Source: an uncultured Rhodobacterales bacterium
Lineage (GTDB): Bacteria > Pseudomonadota > Alphaproteobacteria > Rhodobacterales > Rhodobacteraceae
Assembly: GCA_963976475.1 (NCBI GenBank)
Contig: CAXBKX010000016.1
Span: forward strand, 2,263 to 66,262
Direction: 5' to 3'
DNA: 64,000 nt
Part shown: piece after piece, positions 29,879-39,489 of the stretch
Layout: each line of letters begins with the position of its first letter
Numbering within the stretch: the first letter of the stretch is position 1
Position numbers and translations under genes: made by a program
Notes under the pieces: generated by a model
Databases searched by the model: none
What the model saw: the letters and a program-made list of their open reading frames with translations, nothing else
What the model was told of the DNA's origin: nothing

Positions 29879-30734
29879 ATGACCTATCAGCTTTATATCG
29901 GCGACCGCACATTCAGCAGCTGGTCACTGCGGGGCTGGCTGATGCTGGAAAAATTCGGCCTGCCCGATGGTCGGCCTTTATCGCGGGACGATGGCCGCGG
30001 ATATGGCGCATCTGGCACCGGCAAAAACCGTGCCCGCGATGAAAACACCGCAGGGTCACGTCCTGACCGATAGTTTGGCGATGGCCGAAACATTGGTCGA
30101 GGCACATCCCACGCTTGACCTTTATCCACGCGACCCTGCGGCCCGTGCCTTGGCGCGCTCGATGGTGGCCGAAATGCACGGGAGTTTTGGCGCGTTGCGC
30201 AGCGAATGCCCCAATAATATGGCGAACACTTGGGTTGGATTTGCGCCCTCGGACGCTGTGAAACAAGACGTCGCACGAATCACATATCTGTGGGACATGG
30301 CGCGCCTGCGACACGGCGCAAACGGGCCTTGGTTATTTGGTGCCTATTCATTGGCTGATGTTTTCTATGCCCCGATCGCGTGCCGCATGACGACCTATGG
30401 ATTGGATGTCAGCGCCGCTACACAGGCCTATATCGACACCACCTTGGCCGAAACCTCGCTGCGGCAATGGCGTGCGATGGGTCAGACCGTGACATACGAC
30501 CCCTTTCCCTATGCCCCTGGTCTGGAGCGCGCTGCTTGGCCGATTCCCGACCTGATCGCGGCCCGTGCTATTGAGACAGGCACGCCCGAAAATGCCACCT
30601 GCCCTTACTCGGGCAAGCCGGTCAGCCATCTTTTGCAAACGGATGGGCGTATTTTCGGGTTTTGCAACGCCTTTTGCCGCGACAAAACCGTGAATGATCC
30701 TGCTGCTTGGCCGCAATTCATGGCGCTGCTTTAA
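29879..30734 (+). pseudogene. Frameshifted glutathione S-transferase with C-terminal YHS-like domain
   Basis: N-terminus MTYQLYIGDRTFSSWSLRGWLMLEKFGLP starts at 29879; the rest (MVGLY...TDSLAMAETL...ADVFYAP) is in another frame from 29967; junction ccc-g-atg. Confidence 0.8.
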
Positions 30735-30778
30735 CGCTTGTTAACCATTCGTAAACCGGCACCCGCTACCCGTTAACC
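30731..30778 (+). promoter_or_regulatory. Cluster of CtrA-like sites upstream of comM
   Basis: TTAAC-N5-TTAACCATTCGTAAAC (contains TTAACCAT and TTAA-N7-TAAAC) plus a further TTAACC at 30773. Confidence 0.55.
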
Positions 30779-30801
30779 AAGTTGAAAGTACGGGGGGCTG
30801 C

Positions 30802-32316
30802 ATGACGGCGCTGGCATATACGGTCGCCTTTGAAGGTATTGAGGCGCGCATCGTCGAGGTGCAATGCGCCGTGACGCCCGGTATCCCCGCGTTCACCATC
30901 GTGGGACTGGCCGACAAAGCGGTATCAGAGGCCCGCGAAAGGGTACGCTCGGCGCTGTCGGCGCTGCAAATCGCGCTACCGTCCAAGCGGATCACGATCA
31001 ACTTGTCACCTGCCGATATGCCCAAAATCGGCTCGCATTTCGACCTGCCCATCGCCCTTGCGCTACTGGCAGCCCTCGACATTATTCCCGCAGATGACGC
31101 CGCGCGCACCGTGGCCTTGGGGGAACTCTCGCTCAACGGCGATCTGGTGGCCGTGGTCGGCGCATTGCCCGCCGCGATGGCCGCCGCGACCGAAGACCGC
31201 CAACTGTTATGCCCGCACGCTTGCGGCGCAGAGGCCGCTTGGGTCGGCAACGCCCGCGTCATAGCACCGCGCAGCCTGGCCGCCGTGATCCGCCACTTCA
31301 ACGGAAAATCGGTTCTGGCCCCCTCGGAACCCGGTGAGGTGCGCGGGCCCGCGCGCGCCCGCGACCTGTCAGAGGTGAAAGGTCAGGAACGCGCCAAACG
31401 CGCCCTTGAAATCGCCGCCGCCGGACGGCACCACCTGTTGCTTGTCGGCTCTCCGGGATCGGGGAAATCCATGCTGGCGGCGCGCATTCCGGGCATTTTG
31501 CCGCCACTCACCCCCACGGAGGCCTTGGAAACCTCGATGATCCACTCGGTATCAGGGCTGCTGGACGAGGGCGGGATCAACCGCGAACGCCCGTTTCGCG
31601 AACCGCATCACACCGCGTCGATGGCGGCAATCGTGGGCGGCGGGCGCGGCGCAAAGCCCGGCGAAATCAGCCTCGCGCATAACGGCGTGCTGTTCATGGA
31701 CGAATTTCCCGAATTTCCGCGCACCGTGCTTGAAACCCTGCGCCAACCCATCGAAACTGGCGAGGTTATCGTCGCTCGCGCCAATGCCCATGTGAAATAC
31801 CCCTGCCGGTTCATGCTGGTTGCCGCCGCCAACCCCTGCAAATGCGGCTACCTGACCGACCCCGCGCGCGCCTGTTCACGTGCTCCGATTTGCGGCGAAG
31901 ATTACATGGGGCGCATATCTGGGCCATTGATGGACAGATTTGATCTGCGCGTCGAAGTGCCGCCCGTGGCCTTCACCGATCTGGACCTGCCGCAAAGCGG
32001 AGAAAGCTCCGCGTTTGTCGCGGCCCGCGTCGCCAAGGCCCGACAGGCCCAAACCGACCGCTACGCCGCAAGCGCCCTTGTGCGGGTGAACGCCGACGCC
32101 GAAGGGCAAATATTGGAACAATACGCCACGCCGGATGCCGAAGGGCGCGCGCTATTGACCCGCGTGGCCGAACGGTTCGGGCTCTCGGCGCGTGGCTATC
32201 ACCGTGTGCTGCGCGTCGCCCGCACAATCGCCGATCTGGAAGGATCCGACACCGTGCATCAACCCCATGTGGCCGAGGCCGTCAGCTACCGCTTGGCGCT
32301 GTCCAAAGAAGTCTGA
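30802..32316 (+). CDS. comM: YifB/ComM family Mg-chelatase-like AAA+ ATPase
   Basis: RITINLSPAD, FDLPIA, GSPGSGKSMLA, FREPHH, PGEISLAHNGVLFMDEFPEF, SGPLMDRFD. Confidence 0.93.
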   Translation: MTALAYTVAFEGIEARIVEVQCAVTPGIPAFTIVGLADKAVSEARERVRSALSALQIALPSKRITINLSPADMPKIGSHFDLPIALALLAALDIIPADDAARTVALGELSLNGDLVAVVGALPAAMAAATEDRQLLCPHACGAEAAWVGNARVIAPRSLAAVIRHFNGKSVLAPSEPGEVRGPARARDLSEVKGQERAKRALEIAAAGRHHLLLVGSPGSGKSMLAARIPGILPPLTPTEALETSMIHSVSGLLDEGGINRERPFREPHHTASMAAIVGGGRGAKPGEISLAHNGVLFMDEFPEFPRTVLETLRQPIETGEVIVARANAHVKYPCRFMLVAAANPCKCGYLTDPARACSRAPICGEDYMGRISGPLMDRFDLRVEVPPVAFTDLDLPQSGESSAFVAARVAKARQAQTDRYAASALVRVNADAEGQILEQYATPDAEGRALLTRVAERFGLSARGYHRVLRVARTIADLEGSDTVHQPHVAEAVSYRLALSKEV

Positions 32317-33194
32317 ACGAAGGCCGCCACTTGCGTCAACGCACCGCGTGCCTCTGGCACCCAGCCATCAAGAATTTGAAAGACATGCAGATCAGTCGCG
32401 ATCTCTTGCAAGTCCACCTGACCACCCGCCGCCGCAAGCGTCTTGGCCATCCGACGCGCATCGTCGGCCAGTGCCTCGCCGGTGCCAACCTGGATCAGGA
32501 CCGGCGGCGGTGCGACAAAATCTGCAAATAATGGCGATGCGCGCGGGTCGTCCGCCGCGGCACCATCAAGGAACAATTCAACCGTTTCGGACATGCGCGC
32601 CACTGGTAAAATCGCCTCTGATTTACAACCGATCGTATCGCCCGATAATGTCAAATCCGTCCAAGGCGAGAAAGTAAACGCGCCCGCAGGGCCCATGCCA
32701 CGCTGGCTCAAATGCGCCAAAAGCGCCAGCATCAACCCGCCCCCCGCGCTATCACCGCCAAGGATAATGTCACGCGGGTCATAGCCGCGCGCGATCAACA
32801 TATCCCACCCCGCAACCGCATCATCAAAGGCGGCGGGAAACGGCGCCTCTTGCAACAGGCGGTAATCGGGCGCGCAGACCCGCACACCCGACAGTTTGGC
32901 AATGCGCCCCAACATGCCCCGATGCGTCGCACCACTGCCCGAAAGATAGGCACCGCCATGAAAATACAGGATTATTTTTCGCGGGCGCGCGGCCCCGACA
33001 CTGATCCAATGCACCGTCCGGCCTGCCACAGTTTCGGTCAGGTGGCACATAAAAGGCGGCGTGCGAAACATCACCTTGGCCGCGCGCGCAAAACTCGCAT
33101 CCGCCTTTTCGGGTGTGCCGGTTTTCGCCAACATGGGGCGCACAAAACGTCGCGCACCCCAGGTCGCCATGCGCAAGGCAAGACTTTGGCCCAT
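32286..33194 (-). CDS. Alpha/beta hydrolase (HSL-family esterase/lipase)
   Basis: FHGGAY, PDYRL, GGDSAGG, HVFQ. Confidence 0.92.
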   Translation of the reverse strand: MGQSLALRMATWGARRFVRPMLAKTGTPEKADASFARAAKVMFRTPPFMCHLTETVAGRTVHWISVGAARPRKIILYFHGGAYLSGSGATHRGMLGRIAKLSGVRVCAPDYRLLQEAPFPAAFDDAVAGWDMLIARGYDPRDIILGGDSAGGGLMLALLAHLSQRGMGPAGAFTFSPWTDLTLSGDTIGCKSEAILPVARMSETVELFLDGAAADDPRASPLFADFVAPPPVLIQVGTGEALADDARRMAKTLAAAGGQVDLQEIATDLHVFQILDGWVPEARGALTQVAAFVQTSLDSAKR

Positions 33195-33195
33195 A

Positions 33196-34137
33196 TCAGC
33201 CGCGCCGCCGCTCGATCGCTTCCCAGATTTTGGCGGTCACATTGATGCCGTCGAACCGCTCCAACTCTTGCAAGCCGGTGGGCGAGGTCACGTTGATCTC
33301 GGTCAACCAATTGCCGATCACATCGATGCCGACAAAAACCTGACCCTTTTCGCGCAACAATGGCCCGATGGCGGCACAAATCTCGCGGTCGCGGTCGGTC
33401 AGATCAACCTTTTCAGGCCGCCCGCCCACATGCATGTTCGAGCGCGTTTCACCCGTCGCGGGCACACGGTTGATCGCACCCACAGCTTCGCCGTCAATCA
33501 AGATCACCCGCTTGTCGCCTTTGGACACATCTGGCAGGAATTTTTGCATGATCAGCGGCTCGCGATTGATGCCGCTGAACATCTCGTGCAGCGACGCAAG
33601 ATTGCTGTCGGCATAATTCAACTTGAATACACCCGCGCCACCATTGCCATAAAGCGGCTTGAGGATCACATCACCGTGGCGTTTGCGAAACGCTCTCAGC
33701 GTCTCCAGATCACGCGCAATCATCGTGGGCGGCGTCAGGTCGGGGAACTTCAGCACCAGCAGTTTTTCAGGATAGTTGCGCACCCAGAACGGGTCGTTCA
33801 CGACCAGCGTGTTTGGGTGGATCATATCCAGAATATGGGTCGTGGTGATATAGCCCATGTCAAACGGCGGGTCCTGGCGGAGCCACACAACATCAAAATC
33901 GGCCAGATCCACCTCGACCTCGTCGCCCAATGTGAAATGGTCGCCTTTGACCCGCTGCACCGTCAACGGCCACCCGCGCGCCGTGACCCGCCCTTCTTGA
34001 TAGGCCAACATATCGGGCGTGTAGTAAAACAGACTATGCCCGCGCGCTTGTGCCTCTAGGGCAATGCGGAACGTGCTGTCCGCGTCGATATTGATCGGAC
34101 CGATCGGGTCCATTTGAATGGCAACTTTCAACGACAT
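33196..34137 (-). CDS. gshB: Glutathione synthetase
   Basis: [46 protein letters not shown]. Confidence 0.97.
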   Translation of the reverse strand: MSLKVAIQMDPIGPINIDADSTFRIALEAQARGHSLFYYTPDMLAYQEGRVTARGWPLTVQRVKGDHFTLGDEVEVDLADFDVVWLRQDPPFDMGYITTTHILDMIHPNTLVVNDPFWVRNYPEKLLVLKFPDLTPPTMIARDLETLRAFRKRHGDVILKPLYGNGGAGVFKLNYADSNLASLHEMFSGINREPLIMQKFLPDVSKGDKRVILIDGEAVGAINRVPATGETRSNMHVGGRPEKVDLTDRDREICAAIGPLLREKGQVFVGIDVIGNWLTEINVTSPTGLQELERFDGINVTAKIWEAIERRRG

Positions 34138-34204
34138 GACGGACCCTTAGAAATGATATGCTGGTGTGATACATGGCCCAGACGCGCGCCGTCTTCAACC
34201 GGCG

Positions 34205-34561
34205 TTACGATTCTGCAAATGCATTTTCGATAATTTCAACGCAGCCCTGCCCGTCGACCATCGCCAGATCAAAGCGCATATCGGTCAACTGGCCGTCGGG
34301 TTCTTGCGCGATAAATTCCGACGCGGCCCCGACCAATCGGTCCATTTGCCTGCGCCCCAACCGCGTTGCTGCACGCGCAAAGCTGCTGCTTTTCTTTACT
34401 TCGACAAACACCACCAGCGCGCCTTTGCGCAGGATCAAATCAATCTCGCCACTTGCACCGCGCCACCGTGTCGCCGCCAGCGTATGGTGCCGGTCGATAT
34501 AGTCGCGTGCAACAATATCTTCGGCGACGCGCCCGGCGTGATAACTGGTTTGTCCGGTCAA
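34205..34561 (-). CDS. yraN: YraN family (UPF0102) endonuclease-like protein
   Basis: GEIDLI, VFVEVK, MRFDLA, IENAF. Confidence 0.9.
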   Translation of the reverse strand: MTGQTSYHAGRVAEDIVARDYIDRHHTLAATRWRGASGEIDLILRKGALVVFVEVKKSSSFARAATRLGRRQMDRLVGAASEFIAQEPDGQLTDMRFDLAMVDGQGCVEIIENAFAES

Positions 34562-35418
34562 TCGTCCTCTCCCAGCCCCAAGGCCACCTGATAGACCTGC
34601 CTGCGCGGCAAGCCCAGCGCACCCGCCACCAGCGTGGCCGCATCTTTCACGCGCATCGTTTTCATCGCCTCGCGCAGCGCATCGGTCACATCCATTTCGG
34701 CCACGTCCGTGGCCCCCTCGCGGCCCACCAGCACGACCAATTCGCCTTTCACCGCGCGGCCATCAAAAGCGGCGCAAAGATCATCCAGTGATCCGCGCCG
34801 GGTTTCCTCGAATTTCTTGGTCAACTCGCGGCAAACCACCGCTTGCCGCTCGCCACCCAGAACATCGCGCAGGCTGTTTAACATATCGCTAACGCGCTTG
34901 GGGCTTTCATAAAATACCAACGTGAACGGCGTGTCGCGCAACAGCGCAATCTCGGTCTCGCGCTGCACTTTGGCGCTTGGCAAAAACCCGACAAAGGCAA
35001 AACGGTCGGTGGGCAGCCCCGAGACCGTCAGCGCCGCCAAAACCGCCGAGGCACCCGGTGCCGTCGTCACGGGCAGTCCTGCGGCAATCACCGCGCGGCC
35101 CATCTCATAGCCCGGATCGGCAACCAGTGGCGTGCCGGCCTCTGACACATAGGCCACCGATTTACCCGCTTTTATCGCATCCACAAACCGCTTGGTCGCC
35201 CCGTCGCCGGTATGATCGTGAAACGCCACAACCTGCCGACCATTTAGCGGAACCCCGTGAATTTCCATCAGTTTACGCGCCGTGCGGGTGTCTTCTGCGG
35301 CGATCAAATCGGCAGAAGCAAGGATATCAAGCCCGCGCAAAGTCATGTCTCGCGCCGACCCGATCGGGGTTGCGACGAAATAAAGACCGGCAGTCAGCGG
35401 CTTGGTCATGAAATTCAT
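34558..35418 (-). CDS. rsmI: 16S rRNA C1402 2'-O-methyltransferase
   Basis: LYFVATPIG, AEDTR, SEAGTPLVADPG, PGASA, YESPKR, RELTKKFE. Confidence 0.96.
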   Translation of the reverse strand: MNFMTKPLTAGLYFVATPIGSARDMTLRGLDILASADLIAAEDTRTARKLMEIHGVPLNGRQVVAFHDHTGDGATKRFVDAIKAGKSVAYVSEAGTPLVADPGYEMGRAVIAAGLPVTTAPGASAVLAALTVSGLPTDRFAFVGFLPSAKVQRETEIALLRDTPFTLVFYESPKRVSDMLNSLRDVLGGERQAVVCRELTKKFEETRRGSLDDLCAAFDGRAVKGELVVLVGREGATDVAEMDVTDALREAMKTMRVKDAATLVAGALGLPRRQVYQVALGLGEDD

Positions 35419-35525
35419 TGCTGGACCCTTGTGGCTAAGACATTAATATGGTCCCCAAGTGATGACCCATGGACGGACGCACCGCCATCGGAAAAGGTCG
35501 CGCCATACTTAAGGGAGTTTTATCC

Positions 35526-36713
35526 ATGTTTGCCAGTTTATCCAGTGCCCGCAAGACGGTCGCGCGCGTTTTTATCCTGCTGTCGGCGTTCTGGCTGTCG
35601 GCCTGTGTGCCTGTCGGTGTGGTCGGGACCAACGACAATACCGGGCGGCGCATTGACCCCGCAGCCGCCGTTCAGGTCGCCTTGCTGATCCCCGGCGGGT
35701 CCGAGACCGGCAGCGACAGCCTGCTTGCGACCAATCTGGAAAACGCGGCGCGTCTGGCAATTTCTGATCTGAACGGCGTCAATATCGATCTGCGCATCTA
35801 TAACACAGGGGCCGATCCGGTGCAGGCCGGCGCTGTGGCCAGTCGGGCCGTTGACAACGGGGCCAAGATCATTCTGGGGCCCCTTTTCGCCGAAGCGGCC
35901 AATGCCGCAGGGGTCGCGGTTGCAGCGCGCAATGTGAACGTGCTGGCATTCTCCAACAACCCGTCCATCGCGGGCGGCAACGTCTTTGTGTTGGGGGCGA
36001 CCTTCCAGAACACCGCCAACCGCTTGGTGCAATATTCCCAAGGCCAGGGCATTAGCCGCTACATGATCGTGCACGGCGATGACCTGCAAGGCCAGGTCGG
36101 GCGCGATGCGATTGCCACGGCAGTGCGTGCAAACGGCGGGCAAGTCGCGGGTATTGAATCTTATCCGCTGTCCCAGCAAGGGGTCGTTTCGGCAACCCGG
36201 CGCATCGCGGCGGCAACAAAAGCGGGTGGCGCAAACGCGGTATTTATGACCGCCGGTGTAAACGCCGACCTGCCCATTCTGGCGACATCCCTGCCAGAAG
36301 CAGGCATTGACCCTGCCACAACACGTTATATCGGGTTGACCCGCTGGAACGCGGCACCCCAAGCAATGGCTCTTCCGGGGTTGCAAGGCGGGTTGTTTGC
36401 CTTGCCAGACCAACGCATGTCCGACCTGTTCGCGAGCAGATATGCCGCCGCCTACGGCGCACAGCCACACCCGCTTGCCGGGCTTGCCTATGACGGGATC
36501 GCAGCCATTGGCGCACTTGTGGCCGCAGGCAATACCAATGCGTTGACCAAGCAGGCGCTCACCTCACCGCAAGGGTTCCAAGGCACGGCGGGCATCTTCC
36601 GCTTGCTGCCAAACGGGCTCAACGAGCGCGGCCTGGCGGTCGCGACAATCAGCAACAATCAGGTGGTCGTCCTTGAACAAGCCCCAAGAAGCTTCGGTCG
36701 CGCAGGTTTCTAA
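35526..36713 (+). CDS. Penicillin-binding protein activator (LpoA/LppC-like lipoprotein)
   Basis: Lipobox LSAC, VALLIP, ILGPLF, LAYDG, FQGTAGIFRL; divergent from rsmI. Confidence 0.85.
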   Translation: MFASLSSARKTVARVFILLSAFWLSACVPVGVVGTNDNTGRRIDPAAAVQVALLIPGGSETGSDSLLATNLENAARLAISDLNGVNIDLRIYNTGADPVQAGAVASRAVDNGAKIILGPLFAEAANAAGVAVAARNVNVLAFSNNPSIAGGNVFVLGATFQNTANRLVQYSQGQGISRYMIVHGDDLQGQVGRDAIATAVRANGGQVAGIESYPLSQQGVVSATRRIAAATKAGGANAVFMTAGVNADLPILATSLPEAGIDPATTRYIGLTRWNAAPQAMALPGLQGGLFALPDQRMSDLFASRYAAAYGAQPHPLAGLAYDGIAAIGALVAAGNTNALTKQALTSPQGFQGTAGIFRLLPNGLNERGLAVATISNNQVVVLEQAPRSFGRAGF

Positions 36714-36735
36714 ACCCGCGCCTAACGATACAAAC

Positions 36736-39489
36736 ATGACCGCGCCGGACGATCTGATTTGTCCGGCGTCGTCTATTTTTGACGCTGTGCAAACGCGCAG
36801 CGCCATTGACGCGGCTATCGCCACGCTTATCGATCCGCGCGACATCCGGCGTGCGACAGTCGATATCCTGACTGCCGCCCAGAAAGTCGGGCGCGACGCA
36901 ATTCAGGCGGCCTTCGAAGCGGCCCCGTTTGACGCCCGCCCCACAACCCGCGCCTATAGCCATCTGACCGATCAACTGGTCGGTGAAACTCTGTATGTCG
37001 CCACCACTTATTTGCACCCGCTGCCCAACCCGACCGAAAGCGAGCGCCTGTCGCTGATCGCCGTGGGCGGCTACGGACGCGGCGAAATGGCGCCGCAGTC
37101 CGATGTCGACCTGCTGTTTCTGACGCCCTATAAAATCACCCCTTGGGCCGAAAGCATGATCGAATCGATGCTCTATATCCTGTGGGATCTGAAGTTGAAG
37201 GTCGGGCACGCCAGCCGCACGATCAAAGACTGCCTGCGCCTTGCCACCGACGATTACACAATCCGCACCAGCCTTGTTGAATACCGCTATCTTGCCGGTG
37301 ACGCGGGCTTGGCGCGTGATCTGGGTAAAAAGCTGTGGAAGGACCTGTTCCAATCCACTGCGGCCGACTTTATCGAAGCCAAACTCGATGAGCGCGCAGA
37401 GCGGCACCGCAAGCAGGGCGGCCAACGCTATGTGGTTGAACCCAACGTCAAAGAGGGCAAAGGCGGGCTGCGCGACCTGCAATCGCTCTACTGGATCGGG
37501 AAATATGTGAACGGTGTCAAAGAGGCTTCCGAGCTCGTCAAAAGCAAGGTGTTTACCGCCGAGGAATACCAGACCTTTCGCAAAGCCGAAGATTTTCTTT
37601 GGGCGGTGCGCTGTCACTTACACTTGCTGGCCCGGCGCCCGATGGATCAACTGACCTTTGACATGCAGGTCGAGGTCGCCGCGCGCATGGGCTATGCCGA
37701 TGGGGACGGACGGCGCGCGGTCGAGCATTTCATGCAAGACTACTTTCGCCGCGCCACCCAAGTCGGCGAATTGACCCGCATCTTTTTGACCGCGCAAGAG
37801 GCCGCCTTTACCAAGCCAGAACCGATGCTGACCCGTCTGTTCAAACGGCGCAAATCTGCAAAGCCGCCTTATGCGATTTTGCAAAACCGCCTGACTGTGG
37901 CTGATCCAAAAGCATTCCTCAAAGACCCGATCAACCTGCTGCGCATCTTTGAAGAGGCGCTGCGCACAGGCACATTGCTGCACCCCGACGCGATGCGTCT
38001 GCTGTCTGCAAACCTGCACCTGATCGACGATGACATGTGCCACAGCAAAATCGCCAACAAGCTGTTCCTTGAGACGATGATCAAACATGGCAACCCCGAA
38101 CGGGGGCTGCGGCGCATGAACGAGCTGGGCATTCTGGGGGCGTTTATCCCCGAATTCGCCCCCATTGTGGCGATGATGCAATTCAACATGTATCACCATT
38201 ACACCGTGGACGAACACACGATCCAATGCATCAGCCACCTTGCCCGCATCGAGCGCGAAGAACTGATCGAAGAATTGCCCGTCGCCTCGTCGATCCTGAA
38301 GCGCGGTGTGAACCGCAAAGTGATTTATGTGGCGCTGCTGCTGCATGATATCGGCAAGGGGCGGCCCGAAGACCACTCTATCCTCGGGGCCCAAATCGCC
38401 CGTCAGGTGGCCCCGCGTCTGGGCCTGTCCAAGAAAGACTGTGACACCGTCGAATGGTTGATCCGCAATCACCTTTTGCTATCCGACGTGGCCCAGAAAC
38501 GCGATATCTCGGAACCGCGCACCGTGCGCGACTTTGCCAAAGCGGTGAAATCGGTGGAACGGCTTGACCTGCTGACCGTGCTGACCGTTTGCGATATCCG
38601 CGGCGTTGGTCCGGACACATGGAACAACTGGAAGGCGGTGCTGATCCGCAACCTGTATAAAGCGACCCGCGACGCGTTGGAAAACGGGCTGGAAGCGCTC
38701 AACCGCGACACCCGCGAGGCAGAGGCGAAACGGGCCCTGCGCGCAGCACTTGTCGATTGGCCTGCCAAGGACCTGCGCTTTGAGACCGGCCGCCACTACG
38801 GCCCCTATTGGCAAGGATTGCCCGTGGCGACGCACGCGATATTTGCGCAACTCTTGCGGGACATGGACGACAGTGAAATCAGTATCGACATGATGCTGGA
38901 CGAAGACCGCGATGCCACCCGCGCCTGTCTTGCGATGGTTGACCATCCGGGCCTGTTTAGCCGGATGACGGGGGCTTTGGCGCTGGTCGGGGCCAATGTG
39001 GTTGACGCGCGCACCTATACCTCAAAAGACGGGTATGCCACCGCCGTTTTCTGGCTGCAAGACGCCGAAGGGCACCCCTATGAGGCCGCGCGCCTGCCCC
39101 GCTTGCGCCAGATGATCAGCCGCACCCTGCGCGGTGAAGTTGTAGCCGGTGAGGCGCTCAAAGACCGCGACAAGATCAAGAAACGCGAACGCGCCTTCCG
39201 CGTGCCGACCCATATCACCTTCGACAATACAGGCTCTGAAATCTACACCATCATCGAGGTCGATACCCGCGACAGGCCCGGACTTCTGTTTGATCTCACA
39301 CGCACACTTGCACATAACCACGTCTATATCGCCAGTGCAGTCATTGCGACATTCGGAGAACAGGTCGTGGATACGTTTTACGTCAAAGACATGGTGGGCC
39401 TGAAATTCCACTCTGAAGAAAAATGCAAAGCGCTTGAACGCAAATTGCGCGATGCGATAGCCCAAGGCGCCGAGAGGGCGCATACATGA
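36736..39489 (+). CDS. glnD: [Protein-PII] uridylyltransferase
   Basis: AVGGYGRGEMAPQSDVDLLF, EPNVKEGKGGLRD, HHYTVDEH, LLHDIGK, two ACT domains. Confidence 0.97.
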   Translation: MTAPDDLICPASSIFDAVQTRSAIDAAIATLIDPRDIRRATVDILTAAQKVGRDAIQAAFEAAPFDARPTTRAYSHLTDQLVGETLYVATTYLHPLPNPTESERLSLIAVGGYGRGEMAPQSDVDLLFLTPYKITPWAESMIESMLYILWDLKLKVGHASRTIKDCLRLATDDYTIRTSLVEYRYLAGDAGLARDLGKKLWKDLFQSTAADFIEAKLDERAERHRKQGGQRYVVEPNVKEGKGGLRDLQSLYWIGKYVNGVKEASELVKSKVFTAEEYQTFRKAEDFLWAVRCHLHLLARRPMDQLTFDMQVEVAARMGYADGDGRRAVEHFMQDYFRRATQVGELTRIFLTAQEAAFTKPEPMLTRLFKRRKSAKPPYAILQNRLTVADPKAFLKDPINLLRIFEEALRTGTLLHPDAMRLLSANLHLIDDDMCHSKIANKLFLETMIKHGNPERGLRRMNELGILGAFIPEFAPIVAMMQFNMYHHYTVDEHTIQCISHLARIEREELIEELPVASSILKRGVNRKVIYVALLLHDIGKGRPEDHSILGAQIARQVAPRLGLSKKDCDTVEWLIRNHLLLSDVAQKRDISEPRTVRDFAKAVKSVERLDLLTVLTVCDIRGVGPDTWNNWKAVLIRNLYKATRDALENGLEALNRDTREAEAKRALRAALVDWPAKDLRFETGRHYGPYWQGLPVATHAIFAQLLRDMDDSEISIDMMLDEDRDATRACLAMVDHPGLFSRMTGALALVGANVVDARTYTSKDGYATAVFWLQDAEGHPYEAARLPRLRQMISRTLRGEVVAGEALKDRDKIKKRERAFRVPTHITFDNTGSEIYTIIEVDTRDRPGLLFDLTRTLAHNHVYIASAVIATFGEQVVDTFYVKDMVGLKFHSEEKCKALERKLRDAIAQGAERAHT

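Noticed and set aside
32286-32316. 31-nt convergent overlap between comM and the esterase
   Set aside because: Short tail-to-tail overlaps are common and both proteins are complete
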